In this document: positions 52,113-64,000 of the stretch, piece by piece
How the letters are laid out: each line of letters opens with the position of its first letter
Position numbering within the stretch: position 1 is the first letter of the stretch
NCBI GenBank assembly: GCA_964016885.1
Contig: OZ024746.1
Coordinates: 62,620,001-62,684,000, forward strand
DNA from: Eledone cirrhosa
Lineage: Eukaryota
Reading direction: 5' to 3'
Length of the DNA stretch: 64,000 bases
The notes under the pieces: model-generated
Databases searched by the model: none
Told to the model about the DNA's origin: nothing
Seen by the model: the letters and a program-made list of their open reading frames with translations, nothing else
Made by a program: the position numbers and the translations under genes

Positions 52113-52248
52113 TTAGATAAAATTGACTCTTATAAAGCAGCTGTCTGTTCTACACCTAGACAGCAATACTTGACTATGTAGTAAATTAGTTCTTTTCTGA
52201 AGAACTGTAAAACAAGACAGCTGCTTTATAAGAGTTAATTATATCTAA
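52113..52248. repeat. Diverged fold-back with possible hammerhead remnant
   Basis: ACTCTTATAAAGCAGCTGTCT/AGACAGCTGCTTTATAAGAGT arms; CTGAAGA at 52198 before the palindrome CAGCTG. Confidence 0.55.
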
Positions 52249-52794
52249 GAAAATATATACTATATAAATGAATTTATATTGATTACCTTTTATTGATAAT
52301 GACAATATATTTACCAGTAGATATAACCAAGTCATTATCATGAGCACCATCATCATTTAACGGCTATTTTTCCCACTAGCAAGAGTGGTAGGAGTGGTCA
52401 AACACCAAGTCAATATGTAGTAGAAATTACTGACCTCTCAGACGGGTAGAGGCGCCACATCTCGCTTACATACATTTGAGCAATTTACAGAGTGTGCTGG
52501 GTGCATTTTATTGTGGCACCAGCAATAAGGAGATTGTCATGTCTTTGACATAACTGTTTGGCAGGTTTACTATTAACAACCAGTTTATAGAGTGTACTAG
52601 ATGCATTCTTCATGACACCAGCACAAGAGAAATTGTTATGTACTTGACATACTGTCACTGAAGAGTATATATCTTCATCACCTATGAACTCAAACACATA
52701 CGCACACACCCATGCAAAAAGAAATAGGGCCAATGTTTATATATACCCAACATTTTAGCAATTATCACAAACACTTTATTTTTTGTTGAATCAC

Positions 52795-52862
52795 CAGTCT
52801 GATGAGCAGATCGATGCTGGAGTCGGGTCCATAGCTTCTATAGGTGACCTTGAGCCAATCAT
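52795..52862 (-). CDS. Candidate 68-nt exon (DWLKVTYRSYGPDSSIDLLIRL)
   Basis: gtgtgtttcacag acceptor, CTG|gtgatt donor; GC-richer non-repetitive island. Confidence 0.4.
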
Positions 52863-52934
52863 CTGTGAAACACACGTGACAGTTCGATACAAACAATTAC
52901 ATGTAAACAAAACTTCATTTTTTCCTTTTATATA

Positions 52935-53580
52935 TCATCATCATCATCATTGTCTATCTTCCACGCTAGCATGGGTTTAGACGGGAATTGTCCCACTTGA
53001 GGTAAGATTGGTCAGCTCACTCGTATGGGACTGTCTGGCAGGTTTTCTATGGCTGGATGCCTTTCCTAACACCAACCACGTTTACAGTGTGGACTGGGAG
53101 GTTTTTACCGTGTTACCTACACGGCCACATTACAGCGTAGACTGTGTTTTTTTGTCATGACACCTACACGACCTCATTTATTTAGGACTGGATGTTGTGG
53201 TACCAACATAACTTTACAGAGAAAGGGGGTGGTGTTGGTGGGGGTGGGGTGCGGGTAGGGGTGTGTATATTTGATTAAGAGGTGCCTGCTGACTGTAGGT
53301 TTCGCTTTGTACTTAGGCAAGGCAGGTCTTCTCTATTACTGCGTAGTGCCAAAGATCTCGGTCCAGTGACATTGTCTTAGAGGGGTGTAACCGTGTAAGG
53401 TTGGAATTTATCAAATCGTCCCAGGTTTTTCTGGGTCTGCCTACTCCGTAACTTCCATCAATTTTGATCGCCCTGCACTTTTTTTATACAGCTGTCGTCT
53501 TTCATGCGCATCACGTGACCATATCAACATAGTCTTCTCTCGAGTAAACAGCATCTGATCCCTCTTATACCTAATTTCTC
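52935..53580 (-). mobile_element. RTE LINE 3' fragment plus UTR
   Basis: Reverse complement of ~5020-5676. Confidence 0.9.
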
Positions 53581-54444
53581 ATATATATATATATACAGTA
53601 ACTTCCCAATGTTTGTAGGGTTAAGGTGTTGAACTAATTTCCTACATAGTCAAGTTTCTTAACACTGCAGCCTAGGTGTTTAATGCATATAAATAAGACG
53701 TCTTTGTACTTGCTTCTGTCTGCAAGGCTGACAAAAGGCTGACTAAAAACAGATTGTACATCTTTCACAGATGAATGGTTAACAATAGAGAAAAAACATT
53801 CAACTGTAAAAGCAATTTGTTAAAACAAGATTGCAGAAGCAATGAATTGAAGAGAAAAAAGATGTATGCTATTCATGAATAAAAATGTATGTGATGTGTG
53901 TGTTAGTTTGTGTGTGTATCGGTTTGTGTGTGTATCGGTTTGTGTGTGTGTTGTGTTTGCACTCCAAACAATTTAATCCAGGTGAGAGAATCCCACAGGA
54001 CCACAGCTCTCATAATACATGCATAATTTCTCAAACAAAAATTATTTTAATTAATAGTATTGTCACTTTCTTTCTGTTCAAAGCCGACATGTACTAAAAC
54101 TACAGGATAATCCAGGAGTATACCAGCAGATTACATAAGATTATTTCTGTTACCATAGTGATATCTCACGAGCAATTAAAATTAATCCAATCAAGTGAAA
54201 AAAGAAATACATAATTATGATACAGTGTTGTGCACCCGAGTAACAAAAAGATCCCCCCAAAAAATAATAAAAAAATACATGTTTATGGAAAAACATATAG
54301 CCAAGATGGTTGTAAAATAAAAAAAAAATAATAAATTAGAAAGGGTTTAAACAACAAAGAAAAATAAAGCTAAATTCAATATGAACATAATCCATACTTT
54401 AATCCACAGCTTAAGGCCAAATAATGGGATAAGAAGACATAAAC

Positions 54445-54687
<243 letters not shown>

Positions 54688-55234
54688 GTATACGTCAACT
54701 GAACAACATAGGAATGAAGACTGATGGGAGTTTTCTTCTTCAGTTGGTTCTTTGAAGTAGCATCTTATCAATGAATGATAATAATAACAGTGTCCTTAAT
54801 TTGGAGTGGATTTTTGTTGGGGGTTTTTTTGTGCTTGTTTTTATTAATTACAGAATCAATGAAATGGAGGAAAAGTCTTGTTTGAAAAATGACAGAATTC
54901 TTGATTAAAAGCACTTAATTTTAATACAGAAAAAAATCAAATTTGAGAAAGTAGTGGGGTACAAAAGGCATGAAACTAAATCTTAATATCCTTTAATGAT
55001 TTTTGTAGAAAAAATATCTAAAAATGGGCTGTGTTAATTCAAATGTTTACAGTATCTTTAGTGGTGAACAGGTTGTTTTGAAAATTAATAATATTAGAGT
55101 AAAGTGTTTAATTATTTGTTATGCAGCCATGGTGTTGTTTTGTAATTTTCAAGATTGTCTTATTAATGTAATGGCTTAAATTTGGAAGATGAAATTCTTG
55201 CCTTCGATTCTTTAAATGGGTTAAGTGAGATACT

Positions 55235-56160
55235 AATAATAATAATATAATAATTGTTTCTACATTTGGCACAAGGCCAGCAATGACCCAGTACATTACT
55301 GGTACTTTATTTTATCGACCCCCCCACAAAGCCAACAATTTGAGGGAAGTCGAATGTTGATTAAATCAGTCCCAGTACTTGTACTTTATTTAATTGGCTC
55401 TAGAAGAATGAACAGAAACATTGACCTCAACATAACCAGAAGGAACATTTTGTCTGACCCTTTAACAATTCTGTCCTTACAATAATAATTGTTTCTACTT
55501 TAGGCACAAGGCCAGCAATTACCCAGTGCATTACTGGTACTTTATTTTATCGACCCCGTAAGGATGAAAGGCAAAGTTAACCTCGGCGGGATTTGAACTC
55601 AGAATGGTAAGGGCCATAACTCTATGTGCCAAAGCATGGCGTCTGACCCTCTACCGATACTGCCAATCCACCGCCTTACAATAATAATGGTTTCTGATTT
55701 AGGCACAAGGCCAGCAATTTTGGAGGAGGAGAAAGTCGATTAAATCGACCCCAGTGTGTGACTGGTACTTTATTTTATCAACCCGGTTCTTACAATAATA
55801 ATAATTATTATTTCTACTTTTGGCACAAGGCCAGCAATTACCCAGTGCATTACTGGTACTTTATTTTATCGACCCCGAAAGGCAAAGTTAACCTCGGCGG
55901 GATTTGAACTCAGAATGGAAAGGTGCGTAACTCTATGCGTCAAAGCATGGCGTCCGACCCTCTACTGATACTGCCAATCCACCGCCCCATAATGCTTTCT
56001 GATTTAGGCACATTAAATCGACCCGTGTGTTACTGGTGCTTTATTTTATCGATCCCATAAGGATAAAAGGCAAACTTAACCTCAACAGGATTTGAACTCA
56101 GCATGTTGCTGACACTCTACCAATACTGCTAATCCATCTCTACAATAATAATAATAATAA
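55235..56160 (-). mobile_element. Tandem/nested SINE A cluster
   Basis: Full copies 55485-55677 and 55805-55985 plus partial and older copies, all on the minus strand. Confidence 0.87.
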
Positions 56161-57137
56161 TTGGGTCATATTAGATGAACCATTGTAAGTGTTCAAACTA
56201 CTCTCTCCATGCAAAAAACCTGCTAAAGTTTAGTAATAATTGTTTTTATATAACCATGGTTAGTTCTATTTAAACAGATGTTACACGACATAACTAAGAC
56301 TTCACAGAAAAACATACAATCAACATTTTATAAACTTTTGTTGTTGGCACATTGTTCTACATCAGCTGTTCCCACCCTCTTAACTGAAGGGACCCATCGC
56401 TTGATCCAACTATACAGTCCTTGACAAGGGTCATCTACCCTATTTTCTGGTTAACTTAAGCCTTGGTCCCACACTGGAGTCACTAATAAGGGCCATCTAC
56501 TATATCTTCTGGTTGGCTTCAGGCTTGATCCCACTATGTAGTCCCTGATAAGGGCCATCTACTATATTTTCTAGTTGACCTAAGTCTTCTGAGTAAATAT
56601 GGGTAAACAGAAACTGTGGAAACTCACCTGACTGCATGTTTTTGGATGTAGAATTAATCTGTCCCATGATTTAACATCTCTATGTCTCTATAGCAAACAT
56701 TCAGACCAAGACCCTAGTCAAATATTCAAACCAAGACACTGGTCAGAGATGAACCCATGAATCATGATTTCTTTCTCTTTCCCACAATCTAAATCTCACA
56801 GCAGAAATTAGAAAATCCAAGGAAAAAATTGATATGGATGTATTAAAGGAATTAGAATTTCTTTTAGAGACATACAATCTATTTGTTTGCATAGATCTAA
56901 GATAAGGTAACAAAAACCATCATTTTAGTGAAATGTATGAGCTTTATTGGATTCATAAGAAGAAAAATACAAGAACTAAATGTAAAAATACTAACTCAAA
57001 TGTTTATCTTTTACTAAATGAATGGAGTCTTCAAAAGAATGTTTGTGTTCATGTGTGTATGAGCACGTGTGTTTATATTCATATATATATGGGCATGTGT
57101 GTGTTTATGTTCATGTGTGTATGAGCACGTGTTTATG

Positions 57138-57212
<75 letters not shown>

Positions 57213-57789
57213 GCATGTGTGTTTATGTATGGAAATATGTATACAAGCATGCAAAAATGAAAGTAATAACATACACAAAAAAGCAGGGCAGAAAAATTAA
57301 TGAAGAGAAGAAGAAAAGAGAAAATAAGATGATGAAATGGAGAGAAGAAAGTGGGGAAGAAATAAAAAGTGTTAAATCAAACTGAGATGAACTCCATTGG
57401 GAGAGAAGGGGGGGGGGGGGGCAAACGGAGAGAGAGAGAGAGAAAAGAAGGGGAGATAAACAGGGAAAGAGAGAGAGTAAAGAGGTGGTAGACAACCAGA
57501 GAAAGAGAAAAAAAGGGGAGACAAACAGGGAAAGAGAGAGAAAGAAAAGAAAAACTATTAAAATCAAAACTAAGAACTCCATTTAAGGAAGAAATAAATG
57601 GATGTATAGAGAGATGAATACAGAGAGAAAAGAAAGGAAGCCACAGAGATATAAAGAAAAGGAAAAAGAAAAGGAAAGATTATTGCCAAAAAGCTTATCC
57701 ATACTCAGGAAATCTTAAAATGCTATTTCTAAGCCAGTTATGTCACCAGTGGCAACAGGTAGCCTTTATGAGAAAAAAATCAATCAATC

Positions 57790-58380
57790 AATCATTCTCT
57801 CTCTCTCTGTATATATATGGAGAGAGAGGGGGGTGAATAGTTGGAGATAGACACAGAGATTAGAAGATAGAAATAGAGAAGAAGGAGAGAGAAGACACTG
57901 GTTGAGGGAGATGAGGAATAGATAGAAAGATATAGACATGGATAGAGACTGATAACTAATGGATAGATAGATAGATAGAGAGATAGAGATGGAGGACAGA
58001 AAGACAGGGAAAGATAGAGGGAGATGGAGGAGAGAGAAAGAGAGATAGAGAGAAGAAACAGATAGGGAGAGATGGAGAATAGATAGAAAGATATAGACAT
58101 GGATAGAGAGTGATAACAAATGGATAGATAGAGAGATAGAGATGGAGGAGAGAAAGACAGAGAAAGATAGAGGGAGAGAGAGAGAGAGAGAAGAAACAGA
58201 TAGGGAGAGATGGAGAATAGATAGAAAGATATAGACATGAACAGAAAGTGATGGGGGAAAGAAATAGGTTGAAATAGAGAGAAGTAAAGAGAGAAGAGAC
58301 AGGAGGTGAGAGATGGGGAATAGATAGAGAGATTATAGACATGAATAGAGAGATACAGAAATGGATAATCAGAAAAAGAC
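57790..58380. repeat. GA-rich compound tandem repeat
   Basis: GAATAGATAGAAAGATATAGACATG recurring at ~140-160 bp spacing. Confidence 0.85.
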
Positions 58381-58637
58381 ATAGAAACTGCTTTCTATAT
58401 AAAACCACAGATTACAGGCACGGCACAACAAATCTAGCTTACTCAAAATATTAACAAATATCACACACACACACACACACACATACATACACACACACAC
58501 ACATATAAACACACATATATACACACACAAACATAAATATATGTACATACACACACACACGTATGTGTATATATATATATATATATATTCATATATGTGT
58601 GTGTGTATATACATATATGTGTGTGTGTATATACATT

Positions 58638-58869
58638 ATGGTGGCTGCCAACTCGTTCTCGAGTACGGCCACTACTTTATATCCATGTAGGAGAACCCCT
58701 ACCGATGCGCTGAACGAGTGTGACTTTTTAGTCCAGCCAGCGACTTGAAAACTGGTACAATCACTACACTTGTGACAATTATTGACACATAGTGTTGGGC
58801 CCATGGTACCACGTGATGGACAAGTGCAGAGAGATCTCCAGATATAAAGCAATGCCTGTGCCGTGAAGC

Positions 58870-58870
<1 letters not shown>
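58638..58870 (-). mobile_element. LINE 3' end with C-terminal zinc-finger-like remnant
   Basis: Minus strand CSDC..FKSLAGLKSHTRSAHR* across a frameshift, then a short UTR; flanked by TA/TG repeats. Confidence 0.6.
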
Positions 58871-58902
<32 letters not shown>

Positions 58903-59166
58903 CATATATATACATATATATATATATATACATATATATACATATATATATATATATAGATATATATTTCGTTTCTGAATTTGTTTAGCAAGATTCTTTA
59001 TCTGAAATCGTGTGTTGAAACCGATTTGGTTGTGGAACCAACCAACCAACCAGAAATTTATAAGTTTGTAAATTTATAAATTTATAATTTATAAATATAT
59101 AATAAATTGAAGTGAAAGCAACTGGTGCGTGTGTTTCTTATTGGCAACATGACCCTCCCTAAGTAT

Positions 59167-59215
<49 letters not shown>

Positions 59216-59254
59216 CATATATATATACATATATACATATATATACATATACAT

Positions 59255-59567
59255 ATCATCATCATCATCATCAACATCGTTTAACGTCCATGTTCCACGC
59301 TTGCATGGGTTTGGACGGGAGTTTTCCCACTTGAGGCAAGAGTGGTTGTCATTGCTCGCATAGGACTGTCTGGCGGGTTTTCTACAGCTGGATGCCCTTC
59401 CTAACACCAACCACATTTACAGTGTGGGGCTGGGAGGTTTTTACCGTGTTGCCTACACGGCCACATTACAGCGTGAACTGTGTGTTTTTTTGTCGTGACA
59501 CCTACACGATCTCATTTGTTTCGTCCTGGATGTTGTGGCACCAACATAACTTTACATTGAAAGGGAC
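59255..59567 (-). mobile_element. RTE 3' UTR fragment
   Basis: Reverse complement of 5370-5676. Confidence 0.88.

Positions 59568-64000
<4,433 letters not shown>

Noticed and set aside
52799-52826. CTGATGA-GCA..TGC as a hammerhead
   Set aside because: No GAAA after the stem and no stems I or III; better explained as the antisense of a candidate exon.
54694-54763. Possible minus-strand exon next to (GA)n
   Set aside because: Weak acceptor (gataag) and weak donor (gtatac); not supportable without transcripts.

Overview
Eukaryotic, AT-rich, microsatellite-dense genomic DNA. The repeat inventory suggests a cephalopod (octopus-like) genome, which is an inference. No intact long protein-coding ORF is present: nearly all ORF-track entries are translated (TA)n/(CA)n/(GA)n repeats or decayed retroelements. 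The window holds a disrupted ~3.1-kb RTE-clade LINE plus many 3' fragments, a 5'-inverted LINE insertion, a Penelope-like GIY-YIG remnant, tRNA-derived SINEs, piggyBac-, hAT- and Tc1/mariner-type MITEs, minisatellites and a >4.4-kb terminal (TA/CA) microsatellite. The main unexplained structure is a set of short non-coding elements sitting in (TA)n tracts. They carry type I hammerhead ribozyme folds (five readable end to end, one of them with a core substitution, plus several partial ones) and mostly form long fold-back inverted repeats, consistent with non-autonomous Penelope-like or retrozyme-type elements. A series of small minus-strand candidate exons, including 3-19 nt microexons, suggests the window is mostly intronic sequence of an unidentified minus-strand gene.
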